From sequence record SRR2962707_1437: a stretch of DNA of 54,294 nucleotides. The stretch is one strand, 5' to 3'. The position numbers and the translations under genes are program-made. The stretch's first letter is position 1. Each line of letters begins with the position of its first letter. A model generated the notes under the pieces. The model had not been told where the DNA came from, ran no database searches, and was given only the letters and a program-made list of their open reading frames with translations. Positions 8,664 to 17,381 of this stretch are shown here, one piece after another.

Positions 8664-9269
8664 CTAGCGGGTGATCTTGTCCATCTCGTTCATGATCGCG
8701 TCGGTCGTATCGCCAACCGCAAGCGCACTGTCTCCGCGGGAGGGAAGAAAGCCATTGTCGATCATCTCGTCAAGGGCGGCGCGGGCTCTCGCGACGCGGC
8801 TCTTCACAGTGCCGATGGCACAGTCGCAAATGTCTGCGGCTTCCTCGTAAGAAAAACCACCAGCTCCCACAAGAATGAGCGCTTCACGCTGCGCTTCCGG
8901 CAGTCGCATCAGCGCTCGCTGCAGATCGGAGAGCTGCATCTGGTGATCCTGATGCGCGGGCGTCGAAAGCATCCGCTCCGCCACCGCATCGTCCCAGTCG
9001 CCCTTGAAGCGCGAGCGTCGCATCTGCGAAAGGAATTGATTGCGCAGGATAACGAATACCCAGGCCCGCATATTCGTGCCGGCCTTGTAGCGCTTCCGCG
9101 CCGCCCACGCTTTCAACAGAGCGTCCTGAGCGAGATCGTCGGCCATGTCGGGTTTGCCGCACAGGTTACGCGCAAACGCGCGAAGATGCGGAATGAGCGA
9201 TTCAAGTTCCTGCTTGAAATCGGAATCGCTCAACGGCGCCGCCGGCGGCAAGTCTGTTTTCTCCATCAT
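8664..9269 (-). CDS. ecfG: ECF15 sigma factor EcfG/SigT/RpoE2
   Basis: IPHLRAFARNLC, ADDLAQD, GTNMRAW, QREALILVGAGGFSYEEAA.IC.CAIGTVKSRVARAR; downstream of nepR; start reassigned. Confidence 0.93.
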   Translation of the reverse strand: MMEKTDLPPAAPLSDSDFKQELESLIPHLRAFARNLCGKPDMADDLAQDALLKAWAARKRYKAGTNMRAWVFVILRNQFLSQMRRSRFKGDWDDAVAERMLSTPAHQDHQMQLSDLQRALMRLPEAQREALILVGAGGFSYEEAADICDCAIGTVKSRVARARAALDEMIDNGFLPSRGDSALAVGDTTDAIMNEMDKITR

Positions 9270-9273
9270 GCCG

Positions 9274-9459
9274 TCAACTCTCATCGCTCTCATCGAGCTG
9301 TTGAAGCAGTTTCTTGAACTCCTGTGGAATGGGCTCCTGCGCGACCTCGCGGTACATGTTGCGAAGCCGCCGGCCGAGCACAGCACTCCGCGCAGTTGTT
9401 TCACGCCGCGTTTCGGCAGCGTCTCCGGGGTGCGTCCATCTTGTTCTGTGGTCAATCAT
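9274..9459 (-). CDS. nepR: NepR-family anti-sigma factor (upstream of ecfG)
   Basis: LGRRLRNMYREVAQEPIPQEFKKLLQQL core. Confidence 0.85.
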   Translation of the reverse strand: MIDHRTRWTHPGDAAETRRETTARSAVLGRRLRNMYREVAQEPIPQEFKKLLQQLDESDES

Positions 9460-9528
9460 AGCTCAAAGCCAACCAGATGTTTCGGCGCGAACATGCTCCA
9501 CGCGCCTGTGGGGTTCAGTTACATTAAA

Positions 9529-9553
9529 AACGCGCCTGATCCGGAAAAGTTCA
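9529..9553 (-). promoter_or_regulatory. EcfG-type promoter of nepR-ecfG
   Basis: TGAAC-N16-CGTT. Confidence 0.65.
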
Positions 9554-9785
9554 AAGAAACCCAACATAGTCAACGTCCTAAGCTGTAACCCTCTGTTAAT
9601 TTTTGTTGCCCTGCTGCCATTTCTTACACGCAGCGCCCTTTCTGGGCGGGGTTACCAGATCCGTCGGCAGTGCCCTGATCCGATTTAATTGACTGTACTC
9701 TCAGCAAGCAGCCATGCATTCGCAAATAAAAAGCCGCCCGGCCGTTCGGAGGAACGGCCGGGCGCGCATTCATTTCGTGAAGATA

Positions 9786-9983
9786 CTAGTGGCGGGAAAG
9801 AAAGTTATCGATTTCCTTCTCCGCGTCGTCCTTCTGCTTACCGTAACGCTCCTGAAGCGCACCCGCGAGACGATCCCGCTTGCCTTCGATCTTCGTCAGG
9901 TCGGAATCCGTGAGGTCGCCCCACGCTTCCTTGACCTTGCCCTTCATCTGCGTCCAGTTGCCTTCGACCTGGTCCCAATTCAT
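9786..9983 (-). CDS. csbD: CsbD family stress protein
   Basis: MNWDQVEGNWTQMKGKVKEAWGDLTD; promoter GGAAC-N16-TGTT at 10064-10040. Confidence 0.95.
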   Translation of the reverse strand: MNWDQVEGNWTQMKGKVKEAWGDLTDSDLTKIEGKRDRLAGALQERYGKQKDDAEKEIDNFLSRH

Positions 9984-10135
9984 TTGCCGCTCTCCTCTAA
10001 CAATTAGCTTTCCGGAATTTGCGTCCGGCTCGCCGATTCAACAGCGTGGCGCCCGCTTGGTTCCGGTGTTTGTTGCAATAAATGGTTACGAAAAAGGGCC
10101 CCCGCGGGAGCCCTTTGCCGTTCGCGCGCCGTCGC

Positions 10136-10312
10136 TCAGAGCGGCCGTCGGGGCCTTCGCGCGACACCGAAGATCAGGCTCACGATGAAGAGCACGAGGA
10201 AGACGAAGAAAAGAATCTTCGCGATCCCGGCCGAAGCTGCGGCGATTCCGCCGAAGCCCAGAACTGCCGCGACTACGGCGATGATGAAGAAAACTGCTGC
10301 CCAATAGAGCAT
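10136..10312 (-). CDS. DUF1328 (UPF0391) small membrane protein, missing from ORF track
   Basis: Manual translation [58 protein letters not shown] (58 aa). Confidence 0.9.
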   Translation of the reverse strand: MLYWAAVFFIIAVVAAVLGFGGIAAASAGIAKILFFVFLVLFIVSLIFGVARRPRRPL

Positions 10313-10348
10313 TTCGGGTACCTCGAATTGTTGCGAAGCGCTGGCGGC

Positions 10349-10483
10349 TTACTTCGCGTCGTTAGCCGTATCCTGAACCGCCTCGCCCGTATTCTCGATG
10401 TCCTGCCCGGCACCTTCGACAGTGTTGCAGGCGGCAAGCCCGAGACCAAGGAAGAGGACAAAAGCGCTGAAAATTTTCGTCAT
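10349..10483 (-). CDS. Entericidin A/B family lipoprotein
   Basis: LAACNTVEGAGQDIENTGEAV; promoter GGAAC-N16-CGTT at 10559-10535. Confidence 0.9.
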   Translation of the reverse strand: MTKIFSAFVLFLGLGLAACNTVEGAGQDIENTGEAVQDTANDAK

Positions 10484-10572
10484 AGGTTTGACCCTCATGA
10501 AAGCGGAAAACCAAGCATTGTTTGTGCAAGTAAAAACGGAGCGGCGGCTGGAAAGTTCCATGACGGACGGTA

Positions 10573-11094
10573 TTACTCTTTATGCGTATCGTCGCCGGGC
10601 ACATCGGTGGTGTCGCCGCCGCCCGCTTCCGGAACATCGTTGAGCCTGTCCTCCAGCGGACGGATTGCCGCGAGGATGATGGTGGCGAGGACAAGGGCAA
10701 TCACGGCAAGCAGGTAGTTTTCCGTGCCGCACGCCACCCCGAGCGCACCGGCGAGCCACATTCCGGCGCCTGTCGTCAGCCCCTTAACCCGGCCGCGAGC
10801 CTGGATGATTGCACCGGCCGCCAGAAAAGCGACGCCGGCCGTCACCGCTTCGACGATACGAACGGGATCGGCGGTGCCGTGTGCGCCCTTCTCTATGAAG
10901 GTTTCGTGCAGCTCGAGCGTCAGCACGGTGAAGATGGCGGACGCCATTGCCGTCATCATGTGAGTGCGCAGTCCGGCCGGCCTGTCGTGTTTTTCGCGGT
11001 CGAAGCCGATCACGCCGCCCATCAGCGCCGCCGAGAGAAGGCGGAGCGTGTAGTCCGCTGCGTCGGATGAACTTATGAGCGACAGGATGTCCAT
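10573..11094 (-). CDS. MgtC/SapB family membrane protein
   Basis: IGFDRE...PAGLRTH, DPVRI...V..GV.FL.AG.I, GLTTGA.MW. Confidence 0.92.
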   Translation of the reverse strand: MDILSLISSSDAADYTLRLLSAALMGGVIGFDREKHDRPAGLRTHMMTAMASAIFTVLTLELHETFIEKGAHGTADPVRIVEAVTAGVAFLAAGAIIQARGRVKGLTTGAGMWLAGALGVACGTENYLLAVIALVLATIILAAIRPLEDRLNDVPEAGGGDTTDVPGDDTHKE

Positions 11095-11109
11095 GCAGCC
11101 GGGGGTCTT

Positions 11110-11688
11110 TCAGTCCACGCCGTCGTATTGCGTGGTGCCGGGAGCGGCGCGGGCCCATGCCTCGAGTTCGGTGAGGAAGGCCTCAACGAGCTTGGGCCAG
11201 GGACTGCCGTTCGGCAGGTTTCCTTCTGCGTCCATGGCGTTTTCGATGTCGGGAATGGAAAGGACGGATGGAATGGTGATCGATCCGAACGATGGCACGA
11301 GCACACGCATCTGCTCCGCAGCCCGCACGCCGCCGAAGCGGCTCACCGAGTAGGACACGATGCCGGACGGGCGGCCGCCGAACTCGTCCGTTCCGAAGTG
11401 ATCCATCAGGTTCTTTAGCGCGGGCGGAATGCAGTGGTTGTATTCCGCGGTCACGAACACGAACGTATTTGCGCGCTGGAAGACACTGGAAAGCCGTGAG
11501 AGAGCGGCGGGAACTTCGCCGTCTGGGAACTCGAATACCCGCTTGTCGAGCATGGGCAGATCGCATTTCGCCGGGTCGACGATCTGCGCTTCGTGGCTGC
11601 GGCCCTCGAGCGCCCGGGCGATCATCTTCGCCGCGCGCATCCCCACACGTTCGCTGCGAACGGACCCATAGATGACTGGTACGAACAT
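11110..11688 (-). CDS. NADPH-dependent FMN reductase
   Basis: GSVR, AEYNHCIPPALKNLMD, FGGVRA. Confidence 0.9.
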   Translation of the reverse strand: MFVPVIYGSVRSERVGMRAAKMIARALEGRSHEAQIVDPAKCDLPMLDKRVFEFPDGEVPAALSRLSSVFQRANTFVFVTAEYNHCIPPALKNLMDHFGTDEFGGRPSGIVSYSVSRFGGVRAAEQMRVLVPSFGSITIPSVLSIPDIENAMDAEGNLPNGSPWPKLVEAFLTELEAWARAAPGTTQYDGVD

Positions 11689-11694
11689 GACGTC

Positions 11695-11970
11695 CTAGCG
11701 GAAGTTCATAGGTCCTGCGCGCATGTGGATGTCGCGATCTCCGCGCTGCGCCAGTGCAAGCTGGAGCATGACCCAGATGACGCCGCTCAATGTGAGCGCG
11801 GAAAAGAGCGCGACGATCGCAAGCGGCACAAACCACCGCATCAGATCGAACGACTCCGTCAGAGGACGGGCGACAAGAATGCCCCCAATGAAAAGCGCAC
11901 CGCCTGCGATCCAGAAAGAACGGAGACGGCGCTCCCATTTGCGCTGCGTGATTTCCGAGATGACGTTCAT
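11695..11970 (-). CDS. Hypothetical two-TM membrane protein
   Basis: RBS GGAGA, two hydrophobic segments, first gene of the operon; GCAAC-N16-CGTT at 12038-12014. Confidence 0.6.
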   Translation of the reverse strand: MNVISEITQRKWERRLRSFWIAGGALFIGGILVARPLTESFDLMRWFVPLAIVALFSALTLSGVIWVMLQLALAQRGDRDIHMRAGPMNFR

Positions 11971-12214
11971 GCCAGGTCTCTCCTGCCGGGGCGTCTGAAG
12001 GACTTATGGCGACAACGTGCATCGCAGGATTCCGTTGCACGGTTTTGGAAAATAAGCGCACGGCGCAAGGGAGAAGTTCGGACGTGGAAATGTCCGGCAT
12101 TAATGCTCGGCATTTGTGTCTCGGAACATCAGGGCTGCAGAGGAAAAACCGGTGGCGGGAACTTGTGTCCCCGCCCGGCGTTATTGATAGATCACAGCTT
12201 CAGGAACCCGCGCA

Positions 12215-12367
12215 ATGAGCACCATTCTTCTGATTATTCTGGTTTTGCTGATTCTCGGTGCCGTTCCGGCATGGCCCCATAGTCGAAGCTGGGGCTATGC
12301 GCCGAGCGGGTTGCTCTCGGTGCTGCTCGTCGTGATGGTCGTCTTGCTGTTGACCGGCAGGGTCTAG
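12215..12367 (+). CDS. DUF3309 family small protein, missing from ORF track
   Basis: MSTILLIILVLLILGAVPAWPHSRSWGYAPSGLLSVLLVVMVVLLLTGRV; promoter GGAAC-N16-CGTT at 12158-12182. Confidence 0.9.
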   Translation: MSTILLIILVLLILGAVPAWPHSRSWGYAPSGLLSVLLVVMVVLLLTGRV

Positions 12368-12386
12368 GCCGAGCAAAAGCGCCGCT

Positions 12387-12929
12387 TCATACCACCGCAA
12401 GCGAGCGGTGCGGCCCGGCGGGCAGAATGGCGCGGACGACATCGCCCGGTACAACCATGCCGCCCGTGATGACGATGCTCATAATGCCAGCCGTGCGGAT
12501 CAGATCTCCGTCGGCATTTCGATCGAGCACTGCAGCCATGAGACCGGGCAAGAAATTGTCGAGTTGCCAGCAAGGATTGCGAAGGCCGGTAACTTCCACG
12601 ATGGCGTCACTGCCGATTTCAAGCCGGGTACCGGCGGGAAGCGACAGAAGATCGATGCCCAGCGTGGTGATATTTTCGCCCATGTCTCCCGGCTTCACAT
12701 CGAAGCCCCGTGACTTCAGGTCGGCATGGAGTTCAGCGTGGATGAGGTGCACCTGGCGAAGATTGGGTTGAGAGGGGTCGCGCGCGATGCGCGAGAGATG
12801 CTGCGCGGTTATGCCGTTATGCGCGTCTCCCTCCACGCCGAGACCGGCGACGAGACGTATCGAGGTGTCCGTCCGCTTGCTGAACGCATGGACATCGCTT
12901 CTCGCGACCGCTGCAACTTTCGCCGTCAT
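12387..12929 (-). CDS. MOSC domain protein
   Basis: GVEGDAH, NLRQVHLI, GENITT, GLRNPC. Confidence 0.9.
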   Translation of the reverse strand: MTAKVAAVARSDVHAFSKRTDTSIRLVAGLGVEGDAHNGITAQHLSRIARDPSQPNLRQVHLIHAELHADLKSRGFDVKPGDMGENITTLGIDLLSLPAGTRLEIGSDAIVEVTGLRNPCWQLDNFLPGLMAAVLDRNADGDLIRTAGIMSIVITGGMVVPGDVVRAILPAGPHRSLAVV

Positions 12930-13360
12930 CGTATCCCCCGAATGGCGCGCTTACAGGTAGCACATGGCGGGCCGGGCGGTAGCGGTAAGATGAAACCGCC
13001 ACTTCAGAAAAAAGCAGCCCGGGCGGTTACATAACTCGACCTAATTCCCAATGACTTGGAGTGAGTCATTGCGAAAATTAGTAACTGAGCTGAACGAAAG
13101 ACCATCGTGAATACGGTCTGGGGTGCCGGGATTTGTCCTGGCGGATATGGAGGCAAGAACAGGGCATCTGCAAATTCGGCGACCTCTCGAGCCCCCCAAC
13201 TCTGCACACAGGTCTATCCCGATTTGCCGCTCCCCTGCCTTCCTCGTTCCGCCATTCCGGCAGCCCTCCCCGAGGTCGACGATGCGGATATGCGAACCCC
13301 ACGCAGCGCGACCTCGGGGGCTTTCGTCTAGCTCCCCTGGAACGGCAAGCGAGTAAACGA

Positions 13361-13864
13361 ATGTCGCACGAGCCCCAATATGCCATGCACGCCTATCAGG
13401 CGCGTCAAAACGGATCGGAAACGCAAGTGAACCGTTCCCGTTCGATCATGGAATTGATCGACTCGGACGAATTCTGCCGCGAACTTCTGGAAAAGGCCCG
13501 ATGGCCGGGCGGCCCGGTATGCATGAGCTGCGGCGCGCATGGCGCGGCCAGCCGTCTGACGACGCGCCCGGGCCTCTGGACGTGCAAGGCCTGCCGCCGT
13601 TGTCAGTACAGCGTTACGTCGGGAACGCAGCTGCATCGCTCCCGGCTGCCGGTATCGGCTTGGGTGAAGCTGTTCTACGCGACGGAGATCAGAAACCAGA
13701 GCCTGACGGCGTCGCAGGTAAGCCGCCGCTTCAATGTCGCCTATCTGACAGCGAAGAGCATGCTGAAGCGGATCGAAGCGATGAAGCGCGAGATGCCGGA
13801 CATGGCAATGCGGCTCGAGCAGCAGTTGCGCGATCTCGCGAACAACGCCGCAGGACGCCGCTAG
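13361..13864 (+). CDS. IS1595-transposase-like Zn-ribbon/HTH protein lacking DDE domain
   Basis: RWPGGPVCMSCG...WTCKACR.QYSVTSGT.LH.SRLP...W, then ASQVSRRFNVAYLTA..ML; stop soon after; start uncertain (13361 or 13448). Confidence 0.75.
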   Translation: MSHEPQYAMHAYQARQNGSETQVNRSRSIMELIDSDEFCRELLEKARWPGGPVCMSCGAHGAASRLTTRPGLWTCKACRRCQYSVTSGTQLHRSRLPVSAWVKLFYATEIRNQSLTASQVSRRFNVAYLTAKSMLKRIEAMKREMPDMAMRLEQQLRDLANNAAGRR

Positions 13865-13917
13865 CGAAAACGCCGCCCGGCATTGTTCGTTATCTTCGGA
13901 ATTTCAGAGAGACGGCC

Positions 13918-14367
13918 TTAAAGGGCGTCGTTGCGCGCTGGCGGGGCGGCCGGCAGAAGCGGATAGCTGCCCTGGTAACCTTCCAGGGGACGATACTCCG
14001 TATCCGGAATTTCATTTGCCTCTTCATCCACCTTCTCGTCGTCGGCCCAGGTCGCAACGCCCGAGGCCATGTCGCGTATGCCGACGGCTACGCGCGCGAG
14101 CAGTTCGCGGCCCGATTGACAGGCCAGCGGTTCGCGCTCGCAAAAGCCCTGCGCATCCCGCGCGGTGTGCGAAACGACGATCTGTGCATTCGTGAAGGTG
14201 GAAAGCTCGCCCGCGACATCCGGCTCAGGAATGTTCGCTTCGCCTTCCGTGTAATTCGCGGGCATGAATCTCGGCTCCGCGGCCACCGGTTCGGCGGGTT
14301 CGACGAGCTTTATCGCATGGCCGACAAGGACCATGACCACCAGTGATTTTATCGCGAACTTGATCAT
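13918..14367 (-). CDS. DUF5330-like protein
   Basis: N-terminal hydrophobic anchor and DAQGFCEREPLAC motif. Confidence 0.6.
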   Translation of the reverse strand: MIKFAIKSLVVMVLVGHAIKLVEPAEPVAAEPRFMPANYTEGEANIPEPDVAGELSTFTNAQIVVSHTARDAQGFCEREPLACQSGRELLARVAVGIRDMASGVATWADDEKVDEEANEIPDTEYRPLEGYQGSYPLLPAAPPARNDAL

Positions 14368-14456
14368 TTCTGCCTAACCTCGTTTGGTGAGGTAGGCCAA
14401 ATGTACCACTTTTCAACAGGTTAAGAGCGTCGAGACTGGTGGAATGCTGTCTGGCC

Positions 14457-14831
14457 TCAGGCGGCGTCGGCCTGTCCCAAAGCGGAACGGAGGAAGTCCG
14501 TGATCTTGTCGATCTGCACGGGCTTGCGGAAAACGGCAACCGCGCCGCAATCGGCGAGGCTTGCATAATGGTAGGTTTCGCTTTCGGCCGTCATCAGCAT
14601 CACGATGACTTTGTGATTGAGGTTGCGCGCTGCTTCCGCCACGCGCACGCCGTCCCAACCCGGCATATTAACGTCGAGCATTAGAATGCGGGGACGCTGA
14701 CTGGCGATCAGTTCGATTGCCTCGTGGCCGTCCCGCGCTTCGATGACTTCGAGATTGTTCGCCCGAAGAAACTCCGCCATTTCCTGCAACTGGACCGGAT
14801 CGTCGTCGGCTACAAGAACACACGCACGCAT
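14457..14831 (-). CDS. Single-domain response regulator
   Basis: VLVADDD, LDVNMPGWDG, KP. Confidence 0.85.
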   Translation of the reverse strand: MRACVLVADDDPVQLQEMAEFLRANNLEVIEARDGHEAIELIASQRPRILMLDVNMPGWDGVRVAEAARNLNHKVIVMLMTAESETYHYASLADCGAVAVFRKPVQIDKITDFLRSALGQADAA

Positions 14832-14972
14832 TTGCCACTCCACACGAAAGAAAGGCGGCCCTGGCGCCGCCCGTGCCGCACTATCAAACGCCAACTGGCT
14901 TAACCGTCGGTAAATCGCGCGTTCTGCCGTGGGATTCGATCTGTCGACTTTTGTGAAGCGCCGAAACGCCGC

Positions 14973-15353
14973 TCAGCCCTGGGCCACAGGGGCAGAAAGC
15001 AGCGTGTCGACCTCTTTCAGCGTGAAGGGCTTGTTCAAGGTTCCAAGCAGCCGGATGTCATGTGCGCCACCCAGCGAAGCACCCGCCTCCAGCAGGTTGT
15101 CCCGCGCGCCCGACATCATGATGACGGAAATCTCTCCCTTGCGAGGCTCGTCGGCAAGCGCAAGCAAAGCCTCGAAACCGTTGAACTCGGGCATATGCAC
15201 ATCGAGCATGATGAGATCGGGCTTGAACTCCGCGACAAGGATCGCGAAGTCCGTCCGGCCGCCCCGCGTGCGGGTTTCGTAGCCGCGCCGCGTCAGCGCA
15301 TCGGCGCATTCTTGTGAAAGGTCATCATCGTCGTCGTAAATGAGCGCGCGCAT
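14973..15353 (-). CDS. Single-domain response regulator
   Basis: LIYDDD, LDVHMPEFNG, MSG, KPF; start reassigned to ATG 15353. Confidence 0.85.
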   Translation of the reverse strand: MRALIYDDDDDLSQECADALTRRGYETRTRGGRTDFAILVAEFKPDLIMLDVHMPEFNGFEALLALADEPRKGEISVIMMSGARDNLLEAGASLGGAHDIRLLGTLNKPFTLKEVDTLLSAPVAQG

Positions 15354-15444
15354 GCCGCTTTCCCTGCCGTCAATCTTCTCCGGTTCTAGACCAAGCAATC
15401 GTAATCGTGTGAGCCGATTTGAAGAGTTGCGTGCGCGCCTTCCA

Positions 15445-17097
15445 TCAACCCACCAGAACCGGCGCCCGGCATTTCGCGCCATGAACGATCATGTCCATCG
15501 CGCCGAGCTTTACGCCGAGTGTTGTGAGAAGGGAGTCCACGACCGCATCGAGCGGAACGAGCGCGGTGGAAATCGTTGCCACCAAGGTATTCACCAGACC
15601 GCTCAAACCGAAAATGGGTAGCCCGAGAACACTAAACCCTTCCAATTGAATGGCGCTGCCGAGGTCGGACATAAGAGTCACGTTTGAGGAAACGGTTTTG
15701 ACCATGCCGTCATCGATATCGGATCGGGAAAAATCAACTTCGGTAGGTCCGCTTGAAGCGGCTTGGGCGCTTCCGCTTATCCTCATCGAAGCAACAAGCA
15801 GGTTGATCGTTGCCCCGGAGCTATCGCTAGTCCCGATCCGCACGTTGACTGCGCCGGTGGTCGCGACGAGAGACGTCACTGTTCCTTCTGCAGCGCAGGG
15901 TATTTCAGATATTGTTGCCGTTCCCTCTGCGGCTGAGATGTAAGCCGGCACGCTTACGAGGCTACCGAACAGCGGAATTGTAAGCACGTCGGCACTCAAT
16001 TGAATGTCCACCTGCGATGTCTGCACGCTGTCGCCTACCTTGCCGACCGCCATGTGCGCCATCGGAGATCCGACGGTAATCGTGCCAGAAACGGAAGCGA
16101 GCGAGCCGAGATTGATATCCGTGTCAAATCCGACAACCTGCCCATCGCCCGCCGCCATCGCTGTTCCCGACAGGATATCGTAGACGTTGAACGGCAATTC
16201 GCTTCCCGCCGAGGATCCGATGGAACCGATGACACGGTTCGCGAAAGGCACCGCACCGATAATTTGGTCGAGCGGGACGGAAACATTGCCAACCGGCGCG
16301 AGCGCCGTCTGAAGCGCGAGCTTCGCGACAGATGGATCGCCCTCGAAATTTTCTCCGTTCAACACCTCGACCGCCGCCGCAACGATTTCGCCGATCGTCA
16401 CATCTGCACCGAGCAGGTCGCCATAAGTGTCCGATCCCGCGTAGAGCCCGGCTTCGACCGCGAGCGCATCGAGAAACTCGAGCGCGTCGATGTTTGCCGC
16501 CGCCAGCGCGTTGTAATCCACCAGCGACAGATTGATCGTCGTCCCGAGCAAGCCGCCGAGTATCTGATTGGCAAGACCCTCGTTAAGTTCCGCAAGCCGC
16601 GTTCCCGCCGAGAACGAAACGGTTTTCACATAGGCCGCCGTCGCCTCCGCTTCGATCTTGGTGAGGTTTCCGAAGCCGAAGAGACGCGCGAAGTAAGTCG
16701 GCGAGTCTGCGATCTTGCGCACCTTCACGGCATTGATGTCCGCTTCGTCGATACCCCCGCCCTCGGCGGTGAAGCGGTTGACGGCGAGTTTCGTCGGATC
16801 GGGCTCGTAGACGCCGCGCAAGGCTTCGATGCGGTCCGTTTGAAAGCCGTTCATGTCGAAGATTGCCTCGGCGGCGGCGCGCGTCTCTTCCTGCGCCTGC
16901 AGGTGCCGCACGGCGCCAAGCGCCGCCGCGTCGGTCGCAGCCTGCAGGTCGCGCCGCGCATAGAGCATCGCGCCCGTGTCGATCACGATCATCGCGACGG
17001 CAAGCGCAAGCAGAAGCGCGCCCACCGCCATGACGGATATGACGCCGCGCTCGTCTCTCGCAAATCGTCGCAAGAGCATTTCCAGCGATTGCGGCAT
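15445..17097 (-). CDS. tadG: TadG-family pilus assembly protein
   Basis: RFARDERG prepilin-like N-terminus, RDLQAATDAAALGA Tad domain, LGGLLG..INLSLVDYNAL segment. Confidence 0.85.
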   Translation of the reverse strand: MPQSLEMLLRRFARDERGVISVMAVGALLLALAVAMIVIDTGAMLYARRDLQAATDAAALGAVRHLQAQEETRAAAEAIFDMNGFQTDRIEALRGVYEPDPTKLAVNRFTAEGGGIDEADINAVKVRKIADSPTYFARLFGFGNLTKIEAEATAAYVKTVSFSAGTRLAELNEGLANQILGGLLGTTINLSLVDYNALAAANIDALEFLDALAVEAGLYAGSDTYGDLLGADVTIGEIVAAAVEVLNGENFEGDPSVAKLALQTALAPVGNVSVPLDQIIGAVPFANRVIGSIGSSAGSELPFNVYDILSGTAMAAGDGQVVGFDTDINLGSLASVSGTITVGSPMAHMAVGKVGDSVQTSQVDIQLSADVLTIPLFGSLVSVPAYISAAEGTATISEIPCAAEGTVTSLVATTGAVNVRIGTSDSSGATINLLVASMRISGSAQAASSGPTEVDFSRSDIDDGMVKTVSSNVTLMSDLGSAIQLEGFSVLGLPIFGLSGLVNTLVATISTALVPLDAVVDSLLTTLGVKLGAMDMIVHGAKCRAPVLVG

Positions 17098-17381
17098 TCT
17101 TTTTCCTCCGATGTTCCCGCCCCTGCCGGAAACATTGCCTCACGAAAGATCGTCACTCTAGGCTCTAACTAGAGTTCCGAGAGGTTAGCGAAGATTTAAG
17201 CGGAAATCTTCCGCATGCGCACCATGAGCACAAGGAACCACGCTTCTTAAGCTCCAGCACACAAATAGACATAACGGCACACCTCCTCATACGGCGCTGT
17301 TCTAGAAAAGGAGCAGGGAAAAGGGCAGTGGCTGGCCTCCACGTATCGGTGGGCCGCGCCGCTGGAAAAATGGAGGAACGT

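Noticed and set aside
13133-13917. Active IS1595 element
   Set aside because: No DDE domain, terminal inverted repeats or target duplication identified.
14457-15353. SdrG/MrrA assignment for the single-domain receivers
   Set aside because: Neither has the FATGY-type motif; left as generic receivers.
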